In this document: in pieces, positions 50,656 through 64,000 of the stretch
Numbering within the stretch: the stretch's first letter is position 1
Layout: each line of letters opens with the position of its first letter
Assembly: GCA_951406725.2 (NCBI GenBank)
Contig: OX597822.1
Coordinates: 4,712,001 to 4,776,000 of the forward strand
DNA length: 64,000 nucleotides
Origin: Octopus vulgaris
Taxonomy: Eukaryota
Reading direction: 5' to 3'
Position numbers and translations under genes: made by a program
The notes under the pieces: generated by a model
Told to the model about the DNA's origin: nothing
What the model saw: only the letters and a program-made list of their open reading frames with translations
The model's database searches: none

Positions 50656-52690
50656 TATATATATAAAACCATGAATTTCAATTCCTTCATCAACACACAC
50701 ACACACACACACACAACTACACATGAAGTCTACCAACTAGATACTCATCTGACGCATCAAACTATCAAACTATCGCAATCTTGTCATCAATGTTGTGTCT
50801 GCTGTTATTTTATGTTTAACTGCAACACACAGGCCCAAAACAAATTAGTAGATTTCCATTTCATAATACTTAGGATGTCACACACAGACACATCCACACT
50901 AGTTTTGGAGGGCAATAATGATGAGAGGATAAAAGGAAGGTAACTGAAAAAAAAACAAACTTATTTAACTTCAGATACAATAATATGCACATCAGTCTCT
51001 GATGCTATAATGTATACACATGTTTCAAATACAATTATATATTTATATATATATTTGCTTGAATATATTGGCAAATACACAAATACATATGAAAATGTGT
51101 GTATGTAATGTTTAAAATGGGATAACTTCATATGGATGAGAATTCATTCCTAGAATTCAATGATCAAAAATTACATATGAATATAATCAAAGTAAAAATC
51201 AATTTGTCCAGTAAAGTGTTATGAATATTACGGCAAAGAATTATTGATTTAATATTTGGTGATGAACAGAGTAGATTCATTGGTAATTTTCAATATTACT
51301 CTACAACCAGCTTCCAATTCCCTGCTGTGGAGATGGCTTATCTATATATCTTGCATCACACACATGCACACACACACACATGCACACACATACATATCAT
51401 TAAAAGAAATAGACCGAGGAAGCAAAAGACACATATATGTATGTGTGTGTGTGTGCTTATGTTAATATCTCGATAATTAGACAAAAAGGTGTTAGTTAAA
51501 AATAATACATCAATGCACATGTATGAAAATAGGGAAGAGCTGCTGTTTTCTTCAATGATTCCCTAGCTAGAAGTGCAAAGGACCTGTTTTCCTATGGTTA
51601 ATGTGAATCAGTGCCTACACACATGGCCAATCAATGCCCTGATTATAATTGGTCTCAACAGACTACCTAAGCACCCTTCCTCTACTTCCAAGAGTGCCTC
51701 AAGGATATTAAACACGGTATATATAGTAAGATAACTCTGGAAACATATTAATGATTGGTGAATCTGAAAATACTCTTGAAACTAGGAATTTGAATCTCAA
51801 CTCTGAATCAGAGCAGCAGTGGCGTCACTTATTCAAATTATGATTGATTTTTTTTTTTCCAGTCTGAATTCATGTCGAGGCAATGAGACTTGGCAAATGT
51901 ATCTTGGATCTAGTGTCAAGAAATTATGCTAGCCATATCCATATCACAGCTGAAAAAAAGAGAGAAAAAAAAACTCTCAGACCATGGCATGACACTCTGT
52001 AATCTTGTTTTGCAATATCCAAAATTTAAAGCAAATTCATTGATCTTAGTGCATCCCATCGAATGAAATAGATCTGCAGAAAGGAGTGCAATTGTACTGG
52101 GCCTGTCAATCATTGACTAGTTTGATTGGTTGATCATACTCATTTCTGGTGACACTAAAGTGTCTTGATAGTTATTGGAGGATACGGTTATCAATAAATA
52201 CTTGACCCACACTCCATTATGATAAATGGGCAAAACTAGATGCAGACGAAAGAGAGAGAGGAGGGGATCCGCATTAAGAAAATAAAGAGATAACAAATGA
52301 AAAAAAAGGATCAATCAGCTAAATTACCAGCATTCCATTTTAACAAAGCAAGAATTAGGAAAAACATCATCTCTGTGCAGAATAACCTGACAGCTATGAT
52401 TAGTAATTAAAAGACTGCTGAGGCAGATGGGAGTCATGAAGGAAATTAGACAAAGTGTTCTGTACATTTTCACAAAAGTATAGGGCTGTTGCTTGACCAC
52501 TGGCTCACTGATGACAAAAGTATTTCCCCAGGACAATTTCAAAAAATGGGAGAAATTTTACAGAAGCACTGTTGCTGTTCTCATTATGTGTGTCTGTTAA
52601 TGTATTTGAAAAGGCATGTATATCACAACATCTCTTTTTCCATTCAAATTCTTAGTTACAAATGCTTTCAAAGCAATTATTTCTGAATAG

Positions 52691-52809
52691 TCATCATCAT
52701 CATTGTTCGACCGTGGTCGAGACAATGGAATTTACCATGCTACGCCAGACTTCATGGTCCATCATAGCATTACAGAGGTCCTGTTGCTGGATGCCTGTAT
52801 CCCTGGAGA
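52691..52809 (-). mobile_element. RTE-like LINE extreme 3' fragment
   Basis: Minus strand SRDTGIQQQDLCNAMMDHEVWRSMV..EQ followed by a (TGA)n tail. Confidence 0.7.
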
Positions 52810-53219
52810 CACACATAATGTGGTTGACAAGTTAATGTGGTTGACTAAGGCAATATTAATGAAGTAAGCGCTCAACATGTACCTCCTGACCTAACTTACA
52901 ATACCCAAGATCTCATAGTGGAAATAAATAAGATTAATCACAACTTAGCTGTAGGACTTTACTACAAGTTCTTCATTGGTGTAGACATCAATTAGCAAGG
53001 TGAAAGAAATCACTGTACACAGACAATATTATCTGAACATTTTCTGTTCTATTTTATAATCCCAGTTTTCAAAAGGGAAATAAGTCACTTACAGTGAATT
53101 ACCACCCAATCTCACTAATTTCTGAAGTATACTAAAGTATACATTGCCTCAAATTGTAAAGTAATTGACGGTATACTTTGAGAGGGTATTGAGGTAAAAA
53201 AGTAAAATAACTGATTTCG

Positions 53220-53343
53220 CAGGCATGGCTGCTTCTCAACCACATGGTTCCAGGTTCAGTTTCACTGCGTGGCACCTCGAGCAAGTGTTTTCTACAAATC
53301 TTGTGAGCTGATTTGGCAGACAGAAACTGAAAAGAAGCCCAGC

Positions 53344-53381
<38 letters not shown>

Positions 53382-53609
53382 CTTCATGTTTATTTCCCAC
53401 TATCACTTGACAACTGGTGTTGGTGTGTTTATACCCTTGTAACTTAGTGGTTTGGCAAAAGACACCAATAAAACAAATACCAGAATTAAAAACCAAAAAG
53501 CAAAAAAAAAAACCCACGAGTACTGGGGTTGAATCATTCAACTAAAGATTCTTCAAGACGGTGCTCCAGCATGGCTGCAAACCAATGACTGAAACCAGTA
53601 AAAGATAAA
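53220..53609 (+). mobile_element. SINE family A, older diverged copy
   Basis: AACCACATGGTTCC..GCAAGTGT..GGTGCTCCAGCATGGCTGCA..ATGACTGAAAC. Confidence 0.8.
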
Positions 53610-53639
53610 CAATCAACAATCTCCTAAATCTCAATGAAC

Positions 53640-54010
53640 ATATTTTCGTGGTGACATGGACTGCTTAATACAGCTTCTGCTTTGCCTTGAAGACATTTTG
53701 AATGCTTTGGGGGAAGGCTTCAGCACACATACATCATACATCATGCCTGCAGTGGAACTATCAACATTCTACTGACAAAATCTATCCAACACTGAATTTC
53801 AGAAAGCTACTGCAGTGGATTAAGTGGTTCCTGACAAATAGAGCCCAACATGTTGTGATCAAAGAAGTACGACAAAAGTCATTAATGGTGTCCCTCGAGG
53901 TTCTGTATTGAGTCCACCTCTGTTTATTATTTACATAAATGACATCACAAATATCAACAAACACAAGGAAATGAGAATTTTTGGTATGAGTCTCTAAGTT
54001 TGAGAAAGTC
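53640..54010 (+). mobile_element. CR1-like RT fragment
   Basis: LQWIKWFLTNRAQHVVI; NGVPRGSVLSPPLFIIYINDI. Confidence 0.75.
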
Positions 54011-54668
54011 ATCAACAAAGTAGCTGACCAGGCAGAACAAGAATTTGATTAATGCACTTGGAAGAGAGAAAGGAGAAGATAAGAGAGTAAGGAGAAGAAA
54101 GAGAGAAAACAGATGGTGACATGAAGGGGGAGAATGAAGTAAAGAAGGAAAGAGAAGAAGAAATGAAGGATGAGAGAATTGAGGGTAGCAAGACTGTGTG
54201 TAAAGTAGTGGAGAAAAGAGTAAGAAGTAGTAAGGACCAGATAAAAAGAGGGAGAGAGAGAGAGAGATAGAGATATAGAGAGAGGAGAGAGGAGAGAGGG
54301 AGAGAGAGGAGAACAGTGTAGAATATGATATATGTAGATGTATCAATGTATGATGAGAGGAATCTATAATTCTGGTGGTTAAGTAAGAAAGAAAGAGTAG
54401 GAAAGTGCAAACATTTAAAATAAAGGGGCAGGAGAGGGAGATGATTGGCTGAAGACAAAATCTGTCTTTCTTCAACTAATCAGCTACCTCTGTTTTAACT
54501 GATGCACTGCCCTAGGATATTAGAGAGGGCAATGAAGTGATAAAATGTAAGATGTTAGAGTGGAGAAGGAAACTCCATGAGGTGTTAACAGACTATGAGA
54601 ATAACTCCTGGGTATAGTAAAAAGTTTTGTTTAGAAATAAATGAATTTATTAAAAATACGAAGCAAAT

Positions 54669-55093
54669 AGGCGCAGGAGTGGTTGTGTGGTAAGTAGCTT
54701 GCTAACCAACCACATGGTTGCGGGTTCAGTCCCACTGTGTGGCATCTTGGGCAAGTGTCTTCTGCTATAGCCCTGGGCCGACCAATGCCTTGTGAGTGGA
54801 TTTGGTAGACGGAAACTGAAGGAAGCCTGTCGTATGAATATATATATATATGTGTATGTGTGCGTGTATTTGTGTGTCTGTGTTTGTCCCCCTAGCATTG
54901 CTTGACAACCGATGCTAGTGTGTTTATGTCCCCGTCACTTAGCGGTTCGGCAAAATGAGACCGATAGAATAAGTACTGGGCTTACAAAGAATAAGTCCCG
55001 GGGTCGATTTGCTCGACTAAAGGCGGTGCTCCAGCATGGCCGCAGTCAAATGACTGAAACAAGTAAAAGAGTAAAAGAGAGTAAGAGTAAGTA
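54669..55093 (+). mobile_element. SINE family A, full length
   Basis: Complete head, core, microsatellite and AAAGAGT tail. Confidence 0.9.
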
Positions 55094-56134
55094 ATCTGGT
55101 TATGAAGTGATGTGGAGGGATGATAAACCCAGCATGTTATGTTAGTCGCAGTACCAGGCTGGCAATGTATTTTATCAAATCCAAAAGAGTGGAAGATAAA
55201 GACAAGCCTGATGAGACTTGAGCTAAAATCATAAAATGTTTAAAACGTTGGCATTATGTTCAGCATTTTAATGTTTCTTCCATGAGGAAATTAATAAGAA
55301 AAATATAAAGATAAAGTGAGATGGAGATATAATTGTTGGTATTTGGGGAAGTGATGGTGGTGGGGTTTAAAATCAACTAAACTCAAAAAGACAATGGTAA
55401 AATATAAAAATGAATGTGAGGTGATGATGGAAAATACTCTAGTCCTCACCTCATTTTTTTTATAAGTACCATTTGATGGTGCTGACATGTGTGAGTACTG
55501 TGAGTATACTCACATGAAAACATACTCTTCTACTTTTCCTATGAACACACACAATCATTACACAGCATAAAGTACAACTACAAATACAATGAAACATGTC
55601 AAAACACACGAGTATACACAAACACACACACACAAATACAAACAGATGCAGAGAAAATTTCTCTAGTGAACTGTTCAGTTTGAATGTTTATTCATCAAAT
55701 TAAATAGACAATAATAAAGAACAAAAGAAGGCAGATGAAGTAAAAGCATAGAAGAGAAAAATAAAATACAAGAACTATCAGAACCTACTTCATCATCTCT
55801 TTGATGATGATAATGGCTAAGATGATGGGCTTTTATCAATCTACTTTTCAAGACTTTCATTATTGATTAGTAAAAACTAAAGCAATCTAGGCACTAATTT
55901 CCTGCAACTCTGGAAAATGAAGCCATTTACTTCATTGCTTCTTAAGAAGAAAACACCAAATAGCAAAACTGGACTTCAAACATCATTAAACAAAATTTAT
56001 TCAACATTTAGTTTCTTTAAAAGATTTAAGAACAAAAGTTAGGCTTTTGATAATCACAGAATCTGTCTATTTTATCTGATTGTCTGTTATTTCTTTTTCT
56101 ATAAATCTGTTTATATATACATTTGATGATAATG

Positions 56135-56181
<47 letters not shown>

Positions 56182-57490
56182 AGCATATATATACATATGC
56201 ATGCATGTACATATATCCACACACGCATTCTAGAGTTATATATATATATATATATATATATACACGCATTCTATTTATATATATATAATATACATGTATA
56301 CATATATATATATTCATATTCAAAAATATGTGTGTATATATATTATGTACATATACATGTGTATAATAAATATATATATGATGAGAAGACATGTATTTAT
56401 TTTGTGTTTGTGTGCGTGTATATATATAATATATATATAATGTGTATGTATTTACTATATATGCATATTTATTGTAACTTTCTAATCATTCATCTTTTTA
56501 TCTATCTTGATTATATGTTATATACACACACGCATATATACAAACAACAGTATCTACTCATCTCTCTTTGTATATATCTATATATCTACTTGGTGGCCTT
56601 GAGTATTGCAATATGTTCTACCAGCAAAATTTCAAATACAATAAAAAATTTCTCATACATAAACTCTATCTTTAATATTTCTTTCTACACACACACACTA
56701 ACAAAATAAATTCTTGTATTGCTAGAAGTTTTTCTATTAGCTGCCGGCAATAATGTGCAATGATTGAAAGCCTAATGCAATGCCCTCAGAAAAAGCACCA
56801 GAATTTCAACAGTTCAATTACTACTTCCATCATAGACATCACTTAATCTTATACAGTATCGACACAACTAGCTTGTTTTCATATAGGAATACTTAAGTTG
56901 GATATACAGACAACCTTCTGTTTGCATGATTTCATAGTCAGATGTGTGGTGTTTTTATGATACACCAGTTCCTTTCTATATCTTATAAATATATTAGGTG
57001 CATATCTTCTAAATATATAAGGCATATATATATATATGTGTATATATATCTTCATTTTATGAAGCACATTTATTTTTGTTTACTGTGTTTTTGTCTTGAT
57101 TAGTTTGGTTAGGAAGAAGAAACAATGCCTATGTGCTTTGTCGACCTTCCAAGACCGGAAATATTGTTGCTGCTAAATTTCTGTTTAAGTTGCTCTAAGT
57201 TGACAGTGACTATAGTAAAGATGTGTAGTGAGGGAATCTCAGCAGACTGACTTTCTAGAGATAAAGGAATCGTTATGAAAATAAGTGCAGGTCTTAAGAG
57301 GGTGGTGATAGATAAAATATAGGTGATAAGAGAGGGAGAGATGAGTGAGTCAAGAGTACTTGAGTGGAAGTGTTTTGAGTCTAGCCAGCTCCAAGAAAAT
57401 AGATGCTTTCAAGTAAATAGCTGTAAAGTTATCGACTTTAAGACTCCTCAGAATTTAGTTGTGCTGTAGAACATGTGTCAAGTAACTTCT

Positions 57491-57927
57491 GGATCTTAGG
57501 ATAGTGCATATGCTGTGGATGCATGGTCCAATTTTAAAAAGAATCAGTTTTAAAAAGCTCTGCTTGCAACAGATGGATAAATCTTACTCCAGCCTGGTTG
57601 TCATTGAATACGATGTGTTTGACTTTATGACTATTAAAAAAGGAGATGTGTGTCATGCTGGTACTTTTGGCACATTTGGGCCACTGTTGCCAGCTTTATC
57701 AATCTTTGTTATTATTGCCTCTTTCAACATTTCTAGCAGTCCAACAATACCTATGTAGCTTTAGTAGACTATTTTCAAGGGACTAGCATGGCTTGTATTG
57801 CAGGATCTTAGGATAGTGCATATGTGTGGATGCATGTTCATTTTATGTCAGTTTTGCTCTGCTTGCAACAGATGGATAAATCTTCTCCAGCCTGGTTGTC
57901 ATTGTCATGTGTTTGACTTTTATGACT
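57491..57927. repeat. Local direct duplication (57491-57632 and 57803-57927)
   Basis: GGATCTTAGGATAGTGCATATG...GACTTTATGACT occurs twice; the second copy carries many small deletions. Confidence 0.9.
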
Positions 57928-58289
57928 GGATGCTCTTCCTACTTTATGAGCTGGAATGAGTAAATTTTACTGTGCCATCAGTATTAGGGGAGACTGCATG
58001 TCAGACCTAAAGTGTTCTTACTACACTGTATCCATTTTTATTCCGAGTTAGTGCTTTTTAGATGATTCACCACACTTTCTCATTGGTTGACCAAACATTT
58101 ACAACAAGGAGCCATTGCAGCACATTACAATGCAGAACATGAAAGAAGACTACACAGAAAAATATTTGCTTATAACACTAGCATCCTATGTAGAATTCCA
58201 TGCAAAATAAGAGTATGAACAATGAAAACTTTATTGATAGCAAAATATAAACTGAAAAAAGAATACACAGATACAGTGCATGTCAAATA

Positions 58290-58672
58290 TCTTTATATAT
58301 AAAAGTAAGGTTGTGTGCTGTCTGTCTCCTACGATTTAGATTCCTAACTACTCCCACATTTTGCGGTGCAGTTTAACCAAAACCGGGTATCTTATAGTCA
58401 TGATTCTGGGTATTAGCGCGCATCTACGATGAGTCTACGATTTTAAAAAAAATTTACCATCAATTTTTCCCATTTTTAATGCATTTTTGGCATATATAAG
58501 GGAAGTAACTCTCTAAAAATTTATTATTAAATCTCAGAACGTAAAAAGCTACAGTAACGCCCACCCCTTTGTGGTTAGCCATATTGAGATGGCTATTATA
58601 CTTTACATCTCTAAAAATGCTTATATAGTTATTTCCCTTGCAAACCCGAGCAACACCGGGCGATACTGCTAG
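58290..58672 (+). mobile_element. Complete non-autonomous Helitron
   Basis: A|TC 5' end, subterminal hairpin CCCG..CGGG, CTAG|T 3' end, no TSD. Confidence 0.85.
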
Positions 58673-60522
58673 TAGTATCTAAGTAAATAAGAGTTAACAG
58701 TAACCGAATTTAAACCTGGCAATGGTGATTTTTATTGGTTATGACATACCCATGATCCTTTGCTGCCTACTACAAAACATGGCACTTAATATACCACTAA
58801 CAGGATTTAATTCAGAAGATGAAGCCAAGAAGATTGCAAAACAATTGATTTAGGAATATTAGGGCAGCAAATTAGACATAAAGGATTAACGAGGAAATAA
58901 GAAATATCAACAAAGAAATAATAACTCTAAGAAAAATAAAATGATTTAACTCTGAACACAGAAGACTGCATTTGAGTTTAATCGTTCAATATAACATTTG
59001 AAATAAAAGCTTTACCACATAAATATAAAAGAGTCGAAAATGCAGTTTAACAAAATTTATTGTTTTGATTTTCATAAGTAATGGAATATGGAAAGTTTTA
59101 TCACAAATGTTTAATGTGGTGGTTCTTCTCCTGAAGATTTGTTAACAAGACATTATGTTCTAAAATGTTAAGCATTATTATGCTGATGTCAAATTGCTTG
59201 TTAGCAGTTCTGCGAACAGGAAGCTGGTAGTCGATCTTTTGATGACCTCAGCACATAATTTGGAAATCCTGTTTTACTTTTTCTTTTGCTTGTCCAAAGA
59301 TTTCATCAAAAATTTCCAAAAAATGCTTCAGAGTTTCAAATTTTGGTGAGGGTTGAACTACTCTTTTCTGTAACTAAAATTTGAGACTGTAATGTGTTGT
59401 GTGGAAATCTTCAAAAGAAAAACTACCACACAAAACAACTGTGATAAAACTCTCTGTATTCTATTACTTTTGAAAATACGAAAAAAAAAAAAAAAAAAAG
59501 TGGAACCAGTTAAGTAAATGTATATAATTTTTTCATAAAGTAAATTTTCTTAAATTTAATTTTCGACTTTCTTCTTTTCTTTATACTTTTAGTTGTAAGG
59601 AAAAACATATTTTCACATGTGTGTGTGTACACGCATGCACATGCGTATACCTTTATTTCCATATCTATCTGTTCATGGATATTTTAAGGACACAAATGAG
59701 CCATTGCATAGTTGTGCTAGCCTGTTTATTTCTTCATTCAATTATATATCAATACTTTTATCTTACTTATTACACACGTGTGTGTGTGTGTGTGTCTGTA
59801 AAAACTCAGAATTTTATAAAATTATTTTTGTATCTAAATTTCCATAAGCATATATTGTATGGAGTCATATATAAGTGTGTGAGTACACACACACATTGAA
59901 ATATATACATTATATATATATATACACACATATGCATACACAAACATGAACTTATATGTGTGTGTGTGCATAAATATGTGTGTAGTGTAAAGGGCTTTTC
60001 CTCAGTATGTGTTGAAATTACAAGTATACACACTTGTGTATATTTGAATGTGAACGTAGATACTATTATTTTACAATGTTATTCTCAGATTTTGCAAATG
60101 AATATATAAATTACACATACATACACAAATGAGCATGAACATGTGATCTTAAAGGTAGCACATTCACCAAGAACATTGCACTAATGGTGATTATTCACTA
60201 CATGTCTGGACTGAGAACTCAATTGACAGGTTACATGTGTGTAATTGTTGCTATTTAATTGAAGTTTACTAACTTTGCTGGTAAAAAGTTGTGATGTCAC
60301 TTTGGTGTTGGTGGTTAGCACAGCTATATAATTTAAAGCAGATGTGGGGTTCAAATTCTGCACACAATGTTGCAACTATGAATGAATTTAAGTATGTATA
60401 TGTGTGTGTGTATGTGTGTGTGTGCATTTAACATTGTTTTAAATCTGCTTTCTATGCTGGAATGGATTGTAATAGTTTGAGTCAGTTGTTGCTTGAAGCT
60501 ACTTCTTCCCTTGAGAGAGGAA

Positions 60523-60730
60523 GAGAGAGAGATAGAGAGATGCAAAGAGTGACAGAGAGAGAGATAGAGAGAGATGCAAAGAGTGACAGAGAGAGAGATA
60601 GAGAGATGCAAAGAGTGACAGAGAGAGAGATAGAGAGATGCAAAGAGTGACAGAGATAGAGATAGAGAGATGCAAAGAGTGACAGAGATAGAGATAGAGA
60701 GATGCAAAGAGTGACAGTGAGAGAGAGATA
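60523..60730. repeat. Minisatellite, ~32-bp unit x6
   Basis: TGCAAAGAGTGACA at 60541, 60575, 60607, 60639, 60671 and 60703 within a GA-rich spacer. Confidence 0.95.
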
Positions 60731-61161
60731 AACAGGCAGACAAATATGAAAGACTTTATTCCGTTCAACATTTGAATGCTGTAAAGGTGAGAACCCATGT
60801 GTGCATGTTTTATTTCGTGTTTTCATGTGTGTGTGTGCATCTATTTACATAAGCATGTAAATCACAGGGAGAAATTTTGAGATTTAACATAGTAGGCAAA
60901 AATATAGTTCCCACCAATTTCTTTGAATGGAACATATTTTCAACCGAGAAACATTATTTAACTTTATCAGTTCTCTCAGCCATTATCTAACATGCTATTC
61001 TATATTGTTTCTTGTATCTTAACAAAGGACTGAACTCTGAATATATTGAAAAAATGTTACTCAACTCTATTTCCTCTTCCTTGACGAAGAGCCATAGCCC
61101 GAAACATTGAATTCTCTCTTGTTTCTTCCTTAGACATGAAATTAATTACTTTCTGCTCCTA

Positions 61162-61195
<34 letters not shown>

Positions 61196-62566
61196 TTTTT
61201 TTGTCTTTTAACATTCCAGAGATATTTTGGATGTGTTATCAAGCACTGACATGGGCTCTACCTCCTGATTAAATTGGATTGAATTTGTAGAGCAATTTCA
61301 CCCTGATGGTAAATGATATTAGTGATGTTGATGATGATGATAAAATGACAACAAAATTGACAATAATTAAGCTGATGCCAAGAAGAATATAAAAAATTAA
61401 CAAAAGAGTCTAGCGTTAAGGTGTTGATTTTTACAAGAGGCTCAGAAAATAATATGAAAATTCTTAGACAAAAATAGATTCTGATGATGACATGTATAAA
61501 TATTAAGCCTTCTTGATGCTTCTCCTATTTTCTCTCTTTCAGTTTATCTCTCTGAACTAAATTAGGTAATCTTTCTGCTTACAACTTTGGGCTATTTCTG
61601 AGATAAGCTGGCCCTTAGCAGATTAATTGCTGGAGAGAGACACATATTTCATTAAGCTTCTGAATAAGCTGTTAACGTTAATGGAAAAAGTGGTTTATGA
61701 GATTAGTCTCCCCTCTCATAGATGATCTCCAGTCAAATGAGTCAGAAATGTTATATAATATAACAGATGAAAGGTTGGTGTAGCTGGAGGGGTATGATAC
61801 GTTGGACTGCATGGAATTAGTGGTAAGAGAGGAGGAGGAGAACATTTTGGCTGATTGGATGGTTATGCTATTGACTATTATAACCTTTTTCATATGAAGC
61901 TTTCTTGTACTGTATATATATGAGTATTAGAATGGATTGATTATACATTTATATATATGTGTGTCAGTGTGTGTGTTTGTATACCACAAGTTCATGTAGT
62001 TTTGTGTTTATTAGAGTATGTGTATAGGTATTTATTTAATGTTTATATATACATTATTATGGTATTTGTGTAAACATTGTTTCTAAATGCTATGTATACA
62101 TAAAGCCAGTGTGCGTGTGAATAAGCTAAAATATTTACAGGCGTGCACGTAAAATCAGCCCTTGTTCACAAGAATGGGCATACATATATACATGCACACA
62201 CTAGTCTATATGCAACAGTACACGTATGAATATACATTTAAGCATCTGCATATATATATGGCCCTCTCCCTGTGTGTGTGTGTGTGTATATGAGCCTGTG
62301 TCAAAAAAAGTGTGCTAGTGTTTGCATATATCTTTGGCTTTTAATATACATTTATGCAAGAATGTGTGTATTTAGAGGGTACATGAATTTGTGAGGTTGT
62401 GTGTACACATGTGAGAGTATGAGGATGTGTATGTGTGTGTGTTAATATAAAGAAGATAGATCCGCATAATAAAGAGGATTAGAATACTTGTTTGAACTAC
62501 ATGTAGGAATGGGTGTGCATGAGTGTGTATAATTGCTGCTGTATGTGTGAGTGTGTGTTTCACTGA

Positions 62567-62605
<39 letters not shown>

Positions 62606-63151
62606 TGTATTGGTATTTACAGGAATGTTTGAGAGTGTTTCTATGTTTGAAGGAGTATTTGTACATCTACGTTGAGGTGGTGGGGGCGTGGGTAGAGGAG
62701 AAATGCATGAGGGAAGGGAATTATTAAGAGATAGAAAGTGATCAGTGGGAATGAGACACTTACTCCTCTCTTTCTGTCCTTCTTTATTGATAATATTGAT
62801 AGAACAATGAATCCCAGAATAATTTATAATCTCTCAAACCAAACCACATAATTCCTACCCAATCAAAGCGGCCACCATCCCATGCTGTCTCCCTAACCCC
62901 CAGATTGGCTGTAAAATGCTTTTCAGCTCAGAGTGATTGAGAAAGATTCAGCAACACTTCTGATGTATACAAATGGTTTGGAGATTTTCTTTTATTACAA
63001 CTTTTGAAGATGGTTTTAAATCATTATGAATTCCATCACTGGATGTAAACAGTGGTTATTAATTACGTTTCCATACTCACCCCACTCCACCCCTTTCATC
63101 CTGCAAGCTAATTTCCTAGACTTTGACTCAACTTGTAGGAAAATAGGATGG

Positions 63152-63191
<40 letters not shown>

Positions 63192-63577
63192 TAATAAATA
63201 ATGATAATAGTTGAAAGCAAATATGTATAGAGGAAAGAGGAAAATGTGTTTGAAGATAAGATATTGTTGAATACAAAATGCTTAAAAGGAGATAGCTGAC
63301 TGGCGAAGCCCTCACTAATAGTAAGGCAGCAATTTGTAAACTTTATATATTGATTGGTTTGTCTTCTTTGTAAGCACAATACTTTTAACACTTTCTGCTC
63401 CACTTTCAGAAACTTGGTAAGACACATTGCAAATTAACTAGAGCTGAAAAATGATAGCTGGTATTTATTTTATAGCTCAGACACTTGAAGAAATAAAAGA
63501 TGAAAATCTCTCTCCTCTAAAAGAGGTGTTTATCTGAAGTGAACTTCTCAATGATCCAACTCATGTTTGTCAGTATT

Positions 63578-63939
63578 TTTCCTTTTGAAATCAATGTGTC
63601 TGTGACTGCCACAAGGTTTGGGACACAAATTCTGTATTAAAGTGCTCTAAATTTTAAAACTGCCATTCAAAATTCCATGTTACACCAGCTTAATAATGAC
63701 AGTATCATCTTTTAAAATTGATCTTCCATGCTGGCATGGATTAGATGGTTTGATAGTATCTGAAGGGTCAAAGGACTGCATCATGCTTTAGTAACTGCTT
63801 TGGCATGGTTTCTATGTCTGAATGCTCTTCCTAAACAACCTTGAAATGTCAAAGTTATTTTTTTAAAATTTCCATTATTTCAAAAATTAATTGAAACAAA
63901 AAGTGTATTTCAACAGAAATATGGTAACAAAAGGGTTAA
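63578..63939. mobile_element. TTAA-type MITE interrupted by an RTE tail fragment (~63705-63835)
   Basis: Right end GGTAACAAAAGGGTTAA; degenerate left end CCTTTTGAAATC; internal TTCCATGCTGGCATGG. Confidence 0.55.
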
Positions 63940-64000
63940 ACAGTGCCCACATTACAAGGTCTAATAATAACAACCTGATATTAATCTCTGTATCAATGAC

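Noticed and set aside
48661-52691. A 4-kb DNA transposon bounded by ~94-bp TIRs
   Set aside because: No TSD outside the pair and no transposase inside; the right copy is better explained as part of the 52582-52845 templated insertion.
61076-61125. Further hammerhead-like remnants (ACGAAGAGCCATAGCCCGAAAC; also ~43714 and ~14497-14535 minus)
   Set aside because: The cores are damaged and stem I or the NUH triplet cannot be formed; at most these are dead pLTR relics.
61678-61893. ORF with three N-x-S sequons resembling a receptor N-terminus
   Set aside because: It stops after 71 codons with no TM segment or usable donor.

Overview
AT-rich eukaryotic (animal) genomic DNA, dense in (TA)n/(CA)n/(GA)n microsatellites and decayed transposable elements. 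The SINE, RTE and MITE sequences resemble octopod cephalopod repeats as I recall them; this is an inference, not a database result. There are no prokaryotic genes, rRNA, true tRNA or CRISPR arrays, and almost all ORFs in the track are repeat-derived noise. Recognisable content: many tRNA-derived SINEs, RTE and CR1-like LINE fragments, Penelope-like (GIY-YIG) fragments, Tc1/mariner elements, a decayed Helitron Rep region with non-autonomous Helitrons, and TTAA-type MITEs. Most notable: (1) hammerhead-ribozyme motifs in small Penelope-type elements, one with an intact catalytic core (31591-31651, minus strand) and three decayed ones in fold-back elements; (2) several local templated-insertion scars, including a five-part junction that captured an RTE 3' end (52582-52845); (3) a palindromic transposon built from two transposase 3' ends (40061-41050); (4) two in-phase candidate exons of a minus-strand host gene ending in a hydrophobic, GPI-signal-like tail. 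Boundaries of decayed elements are approximate.
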